Shown here: positions 9,651 to 22,113 of the stretch, piece after piece | How the letters are laid out: every line of letters begins with the position of its first letter | Numbering within the stretch: the stretch's first letter is position 1 | Source of the DNA: Pseudomonas aeruginosa | Lineage (GTDB): Bacteria > Pseudomonadota > Gammaproteobacteria > Pseudomonadales > Pseudomonadaceae | Length of the DNA stretch: 32,000 nucleotides | Direction of reading: 5' to 3' | Assembly: GCF_001457615.1 (NCBI RefSeq) | Contig: NZ_LN831024.1 | Coordinates: 4,320,001-4,352,000 of the forward strand | The notes under the pieces: model-generated | Told to the model about the DNA's origin: nothing | What the model saw: the letters and a program-made list of their open reading frames with translations, nothing else | Database searches by the model: none | Position numbers and translations under genes: made by a program

Positions 9651-10667
9651 TCAGATCATCTCCTCGCCACCCTTGCCGCCCAGCACGATATCGCCGGACT
9701 CGGCCATGCGCCGGGCAATGGTGAGGATTTCCTTCTGCGCACCTTCCACTTCGCTGACCCGTACCGGCCCCTTGGCCTCCAGGTCGTCGCGCAGCAGCTC
9801 GGCGGCACGCTTGGACATGTTCTTGAAGACCTTCTCGCGGATCGCCTCGTCGGAGCCCTTGAGCGCCAGCACCAGTACGTCCGAGGAGACTTCCCGGAGC
9901 AGCGCCTGGATGCCACGGTCGTCGACGTCGGCGAGGTTGTCGAAGACGAACATCAGGTCCTCGATCTGTCCGGACAGGTCTTCGTCGACCTCGCGGATCG
10001 AATCCATCAGCTGGCCTTCGATGGAGCTGTCGAGGTAGTTCATGATGTCCGCCGCGCGCTTGACCCCGCCCATGGTGGTGCGGGTGGCGTTGGAATTGCC
10101 GGCGAACTGCTTCTCCAGGATCAGGTTGAGTTCCTTCAGCGCCGAGGGCTGCACGGTGTTCAGCGAGGAGACGCGCAGGACGATATCCAGGCGCACCTTG
10201 TGGTCGAAATGGCTGAGCACCTCGGCGGCCTGGTCGGGATCGAGGTAGGCGACCACGATGGCCTGGATCTGCGGGTGTTCGTAACGGATCACGTCGGCCA
10301 CGGCACGCGGCTCCATCCACTTCAGGCTGTCCAGGCCGCTGGTGCTGCCGCCGAGGAGGATGCGGTCGATCAGGTTGTTGGCCTTGTCCTCGCCGAGGGC
10401 CTGGGTGAGCATCTTGCGGATGTAGCCGTCGGCACCGACGCCGAGGCTGGTCTGGTCGCCGACCACTTCGACGAACTCGCCCATCACCTGCTCGACCTGT
10501 TCGCGGTGCACGTTGCGCATCGACGCCATGGCCACGCCGACCCGCTGCACCTCTTTCGGCCCCATGTGCCGCAGCACCTGCGCCGCGTCGGTCTCGCCGA
10601 GCGACAGGAGCAGGATGGCGGCCTTGTCGACCTTGGTCAGTTTGGCGGCGAGACGATTCTCACTCAT
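9651..10667 (-). CDS. fliG: Flagellar motor switch protein FliG
   Basis: 338 aa. LTKVDKAAILLLSLGE, HPQIQAIVVAYLDPDQAAEVL, C-terminal MSKRAAELLRDDLEAKGPVRVSEVE. Confidence 0.98.
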   Translation of the reverse strand: MSENRLAAKLTKVDKAAILLLSLGETDAAQVLRHMGPKEVQRVGVAMASMRNVHREQVEQVMGEFVEVVGDQTSLGVGADGYIRKMLTQALGEDKANNLIDRILLGGSTSGLDSLKWMEPRAVADVIRYEHPQIQAIVVAYLDPDQAAEVLSHFDHKVRLDIVLRVSSLNTVQPSALKELNLILEKQFAGNSNATRTTMGGVKRAADIMNYLDSSIEGQLMDSIREVDEDLSGQIEDLMFVFDNLADVDDRGIQALLREVSSDVLVLALKGSDEAIREKVFKNMSKRAAELLRDDLEAKGPVRVSEVEGAQKEILTIARRMAESGDIVLGGKGGEEMI

Positions 10668-10672
10668 GGCGC

Positions 10673-12469
10673 TTACTCATCGGCGTTGATCCACTCTTTC
10701 ACGACCTGGGCGACGCGGCCCGGGTCCTGTGCGACCAGGTTCTTGATCGCGTTCAATTGCGCATCATACCCCTCCGTGGGGCTCGGCAGGAGGATGCTCG
10801 ACGGCCCGCCGATGCTCACCCGGTCGTCGGCCAGCGAGCCTTCCAGGCCACTCTCGCCCAGCGCCAGGTCGCCGTCGCGACCGCCGCCGCCGGCCAGCGA
10901 CTTGCCCTTGCCGCCGCCGGTGATGTTGCTCAGCACCGGACGCAGTACGCCGAACACCAGGACCAGGATGAACAGCACGCCGAGCACCTGCTTGACGATG
11001 TCCCAGAACCACGGCTGCGAGTAGAACGGAATGCTGTCGATCTCTTCGGCCTGGGCCGGGGCGAACGGCGCGTTGATCACGCTGACGCTGTCGCCGCGGC
11101 TGGCGTCGTAGCCCACCGAGTCCTGTACCAGGCGGGTGAAGCGCGCCAGTTCGTCGGCGCTCCAGGGCTGGTGGCTGACCTCGCCGGTCTTCGCGTCGAC
11201 CTTCATCTGGTCGTCCAGCACCACCGCCACCGACAGTCGGCGCAAGCGTCCCTGCTGCTGCTTGGTGTAGCTGATCGAGCGGTCCAGTTCGTAGTTGCGG
11301 GTGGTCTGGTCGCGCTTGTCGGTCGGGTACGGCGCCAGCTCCGGCTTGCCGGTCTTCGGATCGATGATGGTCTGGCCGTTGGCGTCCTTCAGCGGCTGGC
11401 CCGGCGCGACGTAGTCGGCCGGCGCGCTGGCGGTGGCCTGCTGCGGCGCGCTGGCCGGGCCCGGCGGCTGGTTCGACAGCGCCCCCGGCACGCCCTGCGG
11501 GCCGGACGAATTCTGCCGTTCCTCGTTGTTGCGTTGCTCGCTGCGCAGGGCCGGTTGGTCCGGGTTGTACATCTCCGAGGTCGACTCGACCGCGCTGAAG
11601 TCAACGTCGGCGGACACCTCGGCCTTGTAGCGACCGTTGCCCAGCACCGGTTGCAGGATATTGTGCACGCGCTGGGTGAGCAGGCCTTCCATGCGCCGGG
11701 TGAAGTCGAACTGCTTGCCGGCCATGGTCAGCTCGGAGAGTTCCTGCTGGTCGGAGAGCAGGTTGCCCTTCTGGTCGACCACGGTGACCTGCGACTTGTC
11801 CAGCTCCGGCACACTGGTGGCGACCAGGTTGACGATCGCCATCACCTGGCTCGGCTCCAGGCTGCGCCCCGGATACAGCTCGACCAGCACCGAGGCGCTG
11901 GGCTTGCGGTCGTCGCGGACGAACACCGAACTCTTCGGGATCGCCAAGTGCACGCGGGCGGCCTTGACGTTGTTCAGGCTCGACACGGTGCGCGCCAGCT
12001 CGCCTTCCAGGCCGCGGCGGTAGTTGGTGGCTTCCATGAACTGGCTGGTGCCCAGCGCCTGTTCCTTGTCGAGGATCTCGAAACCGACGTTGTTGTCGGT
12101 CGGCGCCACGCCGGCGGAGGCCACCTTCATGCGTGCCCGGCCGAGGTCGTCGGCCTTGACCAGCAGCGCGCCGGAGTTGGGTTCGACCTTGTAGGGAATG
12201 TCCGCCGCGGTCAGCGCTTCCACCACACGGTTCGCGTCGACCCCGTTGAGGCTGCCATAGAGCGGCTTGTAGTCCGGCTGCTGAGACCAGAGCACGACGG
12301 CGAAGCCGATCGCCACGCTGGCGGCGAGACCGACCAGCAGGCCGATCTGGCGCAGCATGGTCATCTCGGAAAGGTTGTCGAGGAACGACAGTCCCGGGAA
12401 GGATTTCTTCAGCATCCCGGCACCGCCGCTCTTGGCGGGAACCTGGCTGTCGATCAGTGCATCGGCCAT
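10673..12469 (-). CDS. fliF: Flagellar MS-ring protein FliF
   Basis: 598 aa. SQQPDYKPLYGSLNGVDANRVVEALTAADIPYKVE, ARVHLAIPKSSVFVRDDRKPSASV, C-terminal TM plus the FliG-binding tail. Confidence 0.98.
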   Translation of the reverse strand: MADALIDSQVPAKSGGAGMLKKSFPGLSFLDNLSEMTMLRQIGLLVGLAASVAIGFAVVLWSQQPDYKPLYGSLNGVDANRVVEALTAADIPYKVEPNSGALLVKADDLGRARMKVASAGVAPTDNNVGFEILDKEQALGTSQFMEATNYRRGLEGELARTVSSLNNVKAARVHLAIPKSSVFVRDDRKPSASVLVELYPGRSLEPSQVMAIVNLVATSVPELDKSQVTVVDQKGNLLSDQQELSELTMAGKQFDFTRRMEGLLTQRVHNILQPVLGNGRYKAEVSADVDFSAVESTSEMYNPDQPALRSEQRNNEERQNSSGPQGVPGALSNQPPGPASAPQQATASAPADYVAPGQPLKDANGQTIIDPKTGKPELAPYPTDKRDQTTRNYELDRSISYTKQQQGRLRRLSVAVVLDDQMKVDAKTGEVSHQPWSADELARFTRLVQDSVGYDASRGDSVSVINAPFAPAQAEEIDSIPFYSQPWFWDIVKQVLGVLFILVLVFGVLRPVLSNITGGGKGKSLAGGGGRDGDLALGESGLEGSLADDRVSIGGPSSILLPSPTEGYDAQLNAIKNLVAQDPGRVAQVVKEWINADE

Positions 12470-12491
12470 GAACTAGTTATCCTCGCGCCGC

Positions 12492-12821
12492 TCAGACCGG
12501 CATCTGCATGATGTCTTGGTAGGCCTGGACCAGTTTGTTGCGCACCTGGGTCATGGCCTGGAACGACACGCTGGCCTTCTGGCTGGCGATCATCACGTCG
12601 GTCAGGTCGACGCCGCTCTGGCCGACCTCGAAGGCGTTGGCCATCGCGGTGGAGGCCTGCTGGGTCTCGTTCACCTTGTCCACGGCCTGGGAGAGCATTT
12701 CCGAAAAGCTCGGCGCCCCCACTTCGGCCGGCGCCTGAACCGGTTTGGCCTTGGCCATGGCTTCCATTTGCATGGAACGCATTTCCAGCATCAGACGATT
12801 GAACTCGACACCCTGACTCAT
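12492..12821 (-). CDS. fliE: Flagellar hook-basal body protein FliE
   Basis: 109 aa from [40 protein letters not shown] is a classic FliE C-terminus. Start trimmed from the 12866 ORF start. Confidence 0.96.
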   Translation of the reverse strand: MSQGVEFNRLMLEMRSMQMEAMAKAKPVQAPAEVGAPSFSEMLSQAVDKVNETQQASTAMANAFEVGQSGVDLTDVMIASQKASVSFQAMTQVRNKLVQAYQDIMQMPV

Positions 12822-12881
12822 GACTCTTCCTCCAACAGCCGCGGCTTTTTTGACGCCGCCCGGCACTTTGCAGAGGAGTTA

Positions 12882-12895
12882 GCAACAAGGGTGCC
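12882..12895 (-). promoter_or_regulatory. Sigma-54 (RpoN) promoter upstream of fliE
   Basis: Minus strand reads TT-GGCACCCTTGTTGC-TA. It matches GGCAC(G)-N4-TTGC with the required GG-N10-GC spacing, about 60 nt upstream of the fliE start. Confidence 0.85.
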
Positions 12896-13029
12896 AAGTC
12901 GACCCCACGGCCCGGCATCTGCGTTCGCCGCCAATGCCCGCGACCGCTGCAGGGTCCGTCCCTGCTCCGGTTATCGGCAGGCGCGCACGCTCGAACAGCC
13001 CCGGGCGACGACCGGCGGCGGACGCAAAA

Positions 13030-13048
13030 GGCCCGCACGAGGCGGGCC
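13030..13048 (-). terminator. Intrinsic terminator downstream of fleR
   Basis: Minus strand reads GGCCCGC-CTCGT-GCGGGCC-TTTT, a 7-bp GC-rich stem followed by T4, just past the fleR stop. Confidence 0.8.
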
Positions 13049-13067
13049 TGGGGAACATGGCGAGCAC

Positions 13068-14489
<1,422 letters not shown>

Positions 14490-14493
14490 GGGG

Positions 14494-15702
14494 TTACTCC
14501 TGAATCGCAGAAAGAGGCGCCGCCGGAATCAGCGGCAGGATCAAGGTGGCGCAGGTGCCGCGCCCCGGCCGAGAGCGCAACTGCAATTGCCCCTGGTGGG
14601 CGCGCGCCACGGCCTTGACCACCGCCAGGCCGAGCCCGGTACCGGTGGTCTTGGTGGTGAAGAAGGGTTCGCCCAGGCGCGCCAGGGTCGCCGGGTCCAT
14701 ACCCGGTCCGTTGTCGCTGACGCTGAGGCGCAGGCTGTCGGCGCGGGCATAGAGATGCACCTTCAGGCGCAGTTCGGGCCCGCAGGCCTGGATCGCGTTC
14801 TCCACCAGGTTGAGCACGGTGCCCACCAGGGTGTCGCGATTGCACAGCAGCTCGCCGCCGCGCGCCTCGCACTGCCAACGCACCTGGAGCCCCTGGACAT
14901 GGACTTCGGCCGCCGCGCGCAGGCTGTCGAACAGCGCCTTCGGCGCCACCCGGTCGGTCAGCGGCAGCTCGCCGCGGGCGAACACCAGCATGTCGCGTAC
15001 CTGATGCTCCAGTTCGTGCAGGCGCTCCTTCAGGCGCCCGGCGAAGCGTTGCTGCTGGTCGGTCGGCAGCGCCTGCTCGCTGAGGTGCCCGGCATAGAGC
15101 AACGCCGCCGACAACGGCGTGCGGATCTGGTGGGCCAGCGAGGCGACCATCCGCCCCAGCGCCGACAGGCGCTCGTGGCGCGCCAGTTGCTCCTGGAGAC
15201 GGCGGGTATCGGTGAGGTCGTTGAGCAGGATCAGTTGCCCCGGTTCGCCGTTCAGCGAGCGGGTGGCGATGGACAGGCGACGTCCGTCGCGCAGGGAAAT
15301 CTCGTGACCGTCATCCTCGCGCGGAGCGAAGCAGCGGGCGATCACCTCACGCCAGAGCATGCCCACCAACGGCTCGCCAAGCAGGCCCAGGGCCGCCGGG
15401 TTGGCCTCGCGGACCACGCCATGGGCATCGATGACGATGACGCCGCCGGGAAGCAGGTCGAGCAGGCTCTGCAAGCGGTTCGCCAGGCGCTCCTTTTCCG
15501 CCAGCTCCTCCATGCGCTGCGCGCTGACCAGGGCCAGTTGCCCTTTCAGCTCGGTAACGCGCTCCTCCAGCAGGCTATAGGACTCGGTGAGCTGGCTGGA
15601 CATCTGGTTGAACAGCGCGAAGGCCTGCTCGAGGCCGGCGCGGCTGGTGGCCTCGGCCGTATCGGCTGGCTGCTCGGGGAAGGCGTGGAGGGCTGGTTGC
15701 AT
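14494..15702 (-). CDS. fleS: FleS, PAS-domain sensor histidine kinase
   Basis: 402 aa. PAS region (PGGVIVIDAHGVVREANPAALGLLGEP), H-box SLAHQIRTPLSAAL, N/G1/G2 boxes (VLNLVENAIQAC, LSVSDNGPGMD, GTGLGLAVVKAV). Confidence 0.96.
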   Translation of the reverse strand: MQPALHAFPEQPADTAEATSRAGLEQAFALFNQMSSQLTESYSLLEERVTELKGQLALVSAQRMEELAEKERLANRLQSLLDLLPGGVIVIDAHGVVREANPAALGLLGEPLVGMLWREVIARCFAPREDDGHEISLRDGRRLSIATRSLNGEPGQLILLNDLTDTRRLQEQLARHERLSALGRMVASLAHQIRTPLSAALLYAGHLSEQALPTDQQQRFAGRLKERLHELEHQVRDMLVFARGELPLTDRVAPKALFDSLRAAAEVHVQGLQVRWQCEARGGELLCNRDTLVGTVLNLVENAIQACGPELRLKVHLYARADSLRLSVSDNGPGMDPATLARLGEPFFTTKTTGTGLGLAVVKAVARAHQGQLQLRSRPGRGTCATLILPLIPAAPLSAIQE

Positions 15703-15756
15703 TGCGTTTCTCTCGGTCGGCGCGACGTCATGGTTCTGTCGGTCGACGGAGATATA

Positions 15757-15770
15757 GCAATACCCGTGCC
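15757..15770 (-). promoter_or_regulatory. Sigma-54 (RpoN) promoter for fleSR
   Basis: Minus strand reads GGCACGGGTATTGC(TA), an exact GGCACG-N4-TTGC match with GG-N10-GC spacing, about 55 nt upstream of the fleS ATG. Confidence 0.9.
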
Positions 15771-15814
15771 TAAATTTTTTTCATTTGAAAATCAAAGCGT
15801 TGCGAAACGACCTG

Positions 15815-17287
<1,473 letters not shown>

Positions 17288-17391
17288 TTTGATCAGCTGC
17301 CTTGCATCGAATGGGTCTCGCTCGACCCGAAAGAGGGCTGGGACTAATGCCTATTTCTAATAAGCAGCCAGCATTTGGCCACTAGTTAAGT

Positions 17392-17413
17392 CAAATGTGA
17401 ACGATTAGTCAAT
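17392..17413 (-). promoter_or_regulatory. Candidate Vfr-binding site in the fleQ promoter region
   Basis: Minus strand reads ATTGACTAATCGTTCACATTTG, with a strong TCACA half-site and a degenerate partner. Vfr is known from the literature to repress fleQ. Confidence 0.55.
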
Positions 17414-17459
17414 TTTATGGCGTGTTTTTTTTGCTGTTTCCGACAGGGAGAGGCAATAA

Positions 17460-17504
17460 AAAACCCCTACAGACCGCATGGAAAGCAGTACTGGCAGGGG
17501 TTTT
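17460..17504 (-). terminator. Intrinsic terminator at the end of the fliD-fliS-fleP operon
   Basis: Minus strand reads AAAACCCCT...AGGGGTTTTTTATT, a 9-bp stem followed by a T-run, downstream of the fleP stop. It could act bidirectionally. Confidence 0.85.
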
Positions 17505-17568
17505 GGGGGATATGTAAATTTTTCCGAAAAGCCTTGCGCCAAAGTAACGGCACAAAGCCATGAAAAAC

Positions 17569-17862
17569 TTATCCGAACATCTGGTAGACCTTGGCGCCTT
17601 GCTTCGACTGGTTCAGCTGGATCAGATCGGTGGCCAGCTTGCGCTGCTCGCCCTGGCAGACATCGATCAGCTCGCGATACAGCGCCAGCAGCTCTTCCAT
17701 CCGCGCCCGCAAGGTGGCTTCGTCCTGTACATCGAGCATCGCCTCGTCGACGGCCTGGCGGCAACGCTGGTCGAGTTCACCGATGGCCTCCCAGTTCTGG
17801 CTGGCCAGGGCAACGCGCAGGGCGCTACCGGTTTCTTCAAGGATCTGTACAGCTGCACTCAT
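17569..17862 (-). CDS. fleP: FleP/FliT-like flagellar chaperone
   Basis: 97 aa from MSAAVQILEETGSAL, a helical protein. Position immediately after fliS matches PAO1 fleP. Confidence 0.8.
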   Translation of the reverse strand: MSAAVQILEETGSALRVALASQNWEAIGELDQRCRQAVDEAMLDVQDEATLRARMEELLALYRELIDVCQGEQRKLATDLIQLNQSKQGAKVYQMFG

Positions 17863-17887
17863 TGCTTGGTCCCTCTGGGGATGCCTC

Positions 17888-18268
17888 TCAGGGGGCAATC
17901 GCATCCCAACCGGATTTGATGTTGCGCAACAGCTCGGAAACTTCCTCGAGCTTGCCCGCGTCGTTCTTCAAGTTGGCTTCCGTCAGTCGCATCGACATGT
18001 AGGCGTAAAGGCGGTCGAGGTTGGCTGCCAGCTCGCCGCCCGCCTCGAAGTCGAGCCCTTCGCGCAGGCCACCGACGATGGCGATGGCCTTGCCGATCAG
18101 CTCGCCCTTCAGCGCCACTTCGCCGCGCTCCAGGGCTCCGCGGGCCTGCGCCATCCGGGTCAGGCCGCCTTCCATCAGCATCTGGATCAGGCGATGCGGG
18201 CTGGCATCGATAGCCTGAGCCTGGGTACTGACATTCTGGTATTGCCGCATGGCTGCCATTGCGTTCAT
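17888..18268 (-). CDS. fliS: Flagellin export chaperone FliS
   Basis: 126 aa. RQYQNVSTQAQAIDASPHRLIQMLMEGGLTRMAQARGAL...GLDFEAGGELAANLDRLYAYMSMRLTEANLKND is canonical FliS. Confidence 0.95.
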   Translation of the reverse strand: MNAMAAMRQYQNVSTQAQAIDASPHRLIQMLMEGGLTRMAQARGALERGEVALKGELIGKAIAIVGGLREGLDFEAGGELAANLDRLYAYMSMRLTEANLKNDAGKLEEVSELLRNIKSGWDAIAP

Positions 18269-18326
18269 CGACGGTTGCCTTGTTCGGTGACTGATACGCT
18301 CTATATCGGTCGGCTACCGCGATTCT

Positions 18327-20161
<1,835 letters not shown>

Positions 20162-20216
20162 CTTGCTTCACCTCGTCAGCTCATTGACGCTTTGTCCTTC
20201 CAATTCCAACAGACAC

Positions 20217-20230
20217 TCAAAAGACGTGCC
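20217..20230 (-). promoter_or_regulatory. Candidate non-consensus sigma-54 promoter upstream of fliD
   Basis: Minus strand reads TT-GGCACG-TCTT-TTGA-G. The -24 element is perfect and the spacing correct, but the -12 element is TTGA rather than TTGC. Confidence 0.5.
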
Positions 20231-20238
20231 AATTCCGC

Positions 20239-20625
20239 TCAGGCTTCCGCCTTGAACAGCAGGCTGCGCGCTTCGTCCAGTCGCTCTGCCAGGCGCAGGG
20301 CCTCTTCGGAAGGGATTTGCCGGATGACTTCTCCGGAAGTCGAATCGGTCACCTTGACCACTACCCGCCCCGTGGAGTCGTCCAGGCTGAAACTCAGATC
20401 ACGACGGATGCTCTGGGTGAACTTCTCGATGGAGGAAACCGCCTCCTCGACCGCAGCGCGTTGCTCCTTGTCGCCCATCCTGACGTCGCCCGTCCGTTGC
20501 GCGCTTGCGCTGGCGGCCGCCTCGCCGGCCTGGCCGGCCGGGCGTGCGCCATCGGAAGAAGACGCCGAGCCGAACAGCCGGATTACCGGAGCAGCCGTCG
20601 AATTGTTGACATTGCTGACGTCCAT
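20239..20625 (-). CDS. flaG: FlaG family protein
   Basis: 128 aa. C-terminal FSLDDSTGRVVVKVTDSTSGEVIRQIPSEEALRLAERL is a FlaG signature; located between fliC and fliD. Confidence 0.93.
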   Translation of the reverse strand: MDVSNVNNSTAAPVIRLFGSASSSDGARPAGQAGEAAASASAQRTGDVRMGDKEQRAAVEEAVSSIEKFTQSIRRDLSFSLDDSTGRVVVKVTDSTSGEVIRQIPSEEALRLAERLDEARSLLFKAEA

Positions 20626-20647
20626 CGTCGCTACCTCTCAATGAGAT

Positions 20648-20679
20648 ACGAGGGGAAGCGCGCCAGCGCTCCCCCTCGT
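20648..20679 (-). terminator. Strong stem-loop between fliC and flaG (terminator/attenuator)
   Basis: + strand ACGAGGGG-A-AGCGC-GCCA-GCGCT-C-CCCCTCGT, an 8 bp + 1 mismatch + 5 bp stem with a 4-nt loop, just downstream of the fliC stop. It lacks a clear U-tract. Confidence 0.7.
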
Positions 20680-20704
20680 GACTTCACCTTGACCTCGCCG
20701 AAGC

Positions 20705-21889
20705 TTAGCGCAGCAGGCTCAGAACCGACTGCGGCAGCTGGTTGGCCTGGGCCAGGATCGCGGTGCCGGCTTGTTGCAGCACTTGGTTCTTGGTCAGGTT
20801 GGCGGTTTCGGCTGCGAAGTCGGTGTCTTCGATCCGGCCGCGAGCAGCCGATACGTTCTCACCGATGTTCTTCAGGTTGTTGATGGTGTTGTCGAAGCGG
20901 TTCTGCACCGCACCGAGGTCGGCACGCTGGGCGTCGATCTGCTTGATCGCCTCGTCGATCACCAGCACGGCGGACTGAGCGCCCTTCGCGGTGGAGATGT
21001 CGATCTTGGCGACGGTGTCGTTGGTCTTGGCGAAAGCGGTAGCGGAAGGGGCTACGCCAGCCGCGGTGCCTACGCCGGTGCTGCCGGTGTCAGCGATGAC
21101 AACGCCGGAAACCGCGCTAGTGATCGCACCGGAGCCATCCTTGCCAGCTTTGGAAACATAGCTGATGGTATCGCCGTCGCTGAAGGCACCGATGCCGACG
21201 TTGGCGTCGTTGACCGCTGCGGCGATCTTGGCAGCCGCCTGCTCGGCGGTTTCGTTGCCCTTCATGTCGACCTTGACGTTCACGGCGCTGCCGCCGGTGA
21301 TGCCGATCGCGATGTCGACGGTGCCCGAAGCGGTTGCAGCAGTGACCGCGCCGCCGCCGTCAGCCTTGAAGTAGGTGCCGTTCAGCGACTCTGCGCTCAT
21401 CTCGTCGATGCCGACGCTGATGATTTCGTTGGCGGCCGAACCCACCTGGAAGCTGGCGACGCCGAAGGAACCGTCGAGCAGCTTGCGGCCACCGAAGGTG
21501 GTGGTGTTGCTGATACGATCCAGTTCTTTCTGCAGTTGCTTCACTTCGCCGTTCAGAGCGGTACGCTCGGAGTCGCTGTTGGAGCCGTTGGCCGACTGCA
21601 GGGACAGGTCACGCATACGCTGCAGGATGTTGGTCGACTGCTGCAGGGCGCCTTCAGCGGTCTGCGCCAGGGAGATACCGTCGTTGGCGTTCTTGGTAGC
21701 CACGTTCAGGCCGTTGACCTGGCTGGTCAGACGGTTGGCGATCTGCAGGCCGGCGGCGTCGTCCTTGGCGCTGTTGATGCGCGAACCGGTGGACAGACGC
21801 TGCAGCGAAGTGTTCAGCGACGCGGAAGAGTTGTTCAGGTTCCGCTGAGTGTTCAGCGAAGCGATGTTGGTGTTGACGGTCAAGGCCAT
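20705..21889 (-). CDS. fliC: Flagellin FliC, a-type (394 aa)
   Basis: Starts [47 protein letters not shown] and ends [23 protein letters not shown]. The 394-aa length is typical of a-type flagellin. The RBS precedes this ATG rather than the upstream ATG at 21904. Confidence 0.97.
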   Translation of the reverse strand: MALTVNTNIASLNTQRNLNNSSASLNTSLQRLSTGSRINSAKDDAAGLQIANRLTSQVNGLNVATKNANDGISLAQTAEGALQQSTNILQRMRDLSLQSANGSNSDSERTALNGEVKQLQKELDRISNTTTFGGRKLLDGSFGVASFQVGSAANEIISVGIDEMSAESLNGTYFKADGGGAVTAATASGTVDIAIGITGGSAVNVKVDMKGNETAEQAAAKIAAAVNDANVGIGAFSDGDTISYVSKAGKDGSGAITSAVSGVVIADTGSTGVGTAAGVAPSATAFAKTNDTVAKIDISTAKGAQSAVLVIDEAIKQIDAQRADLGAVQNRFDNTINNLKNIGENVSAARGRIEDTDFAAETANLTKNQVLQQAGTAILAQANQLPQSVLSLLR

Positions 21890-21980
21890 CTTGATGCCCT
21901 CCAAGGACGATATGTTTGCCTGAGCTTGCGACCTCGGGTGGGCATCGCCCAGGCACCCCTAAAGTTCGCATTCGTGATCT

Positions 21981-22007
21981 TTATCGGCGCTTCCCTGAGG
22001 AGCTTTA
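21981..22007 (-). promoter_or_regulatory. Sigma-28 (FliA) promoter of fliC
   Basis: Minus strand reads TAAAGCTC-N11-GCCGATAA, matching TAAA(GTTT)-N11-GCCGATAA, about 90 nt upstream of the fliC start. Confidence 0.92.
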
Positions 22008-22113
22008 GGTTTTTTTTTGACCATCCTCGTTTTTCATGCATCGGCCCCGTCGGAGGGGTTCGCGCAAGGCCTCCCGAGCGCTGCGGACAGCGACGGAAAG
22101 CCCCGCCGGCCGC

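Noticed and set aside
22045-22058. CCCCGTCGGAGGGG as a terminator after the glycosyltransferase gene
   Set aside because: Only a 4-bp stem with no T-run immediately after it on the minus strand. Too weak to call.
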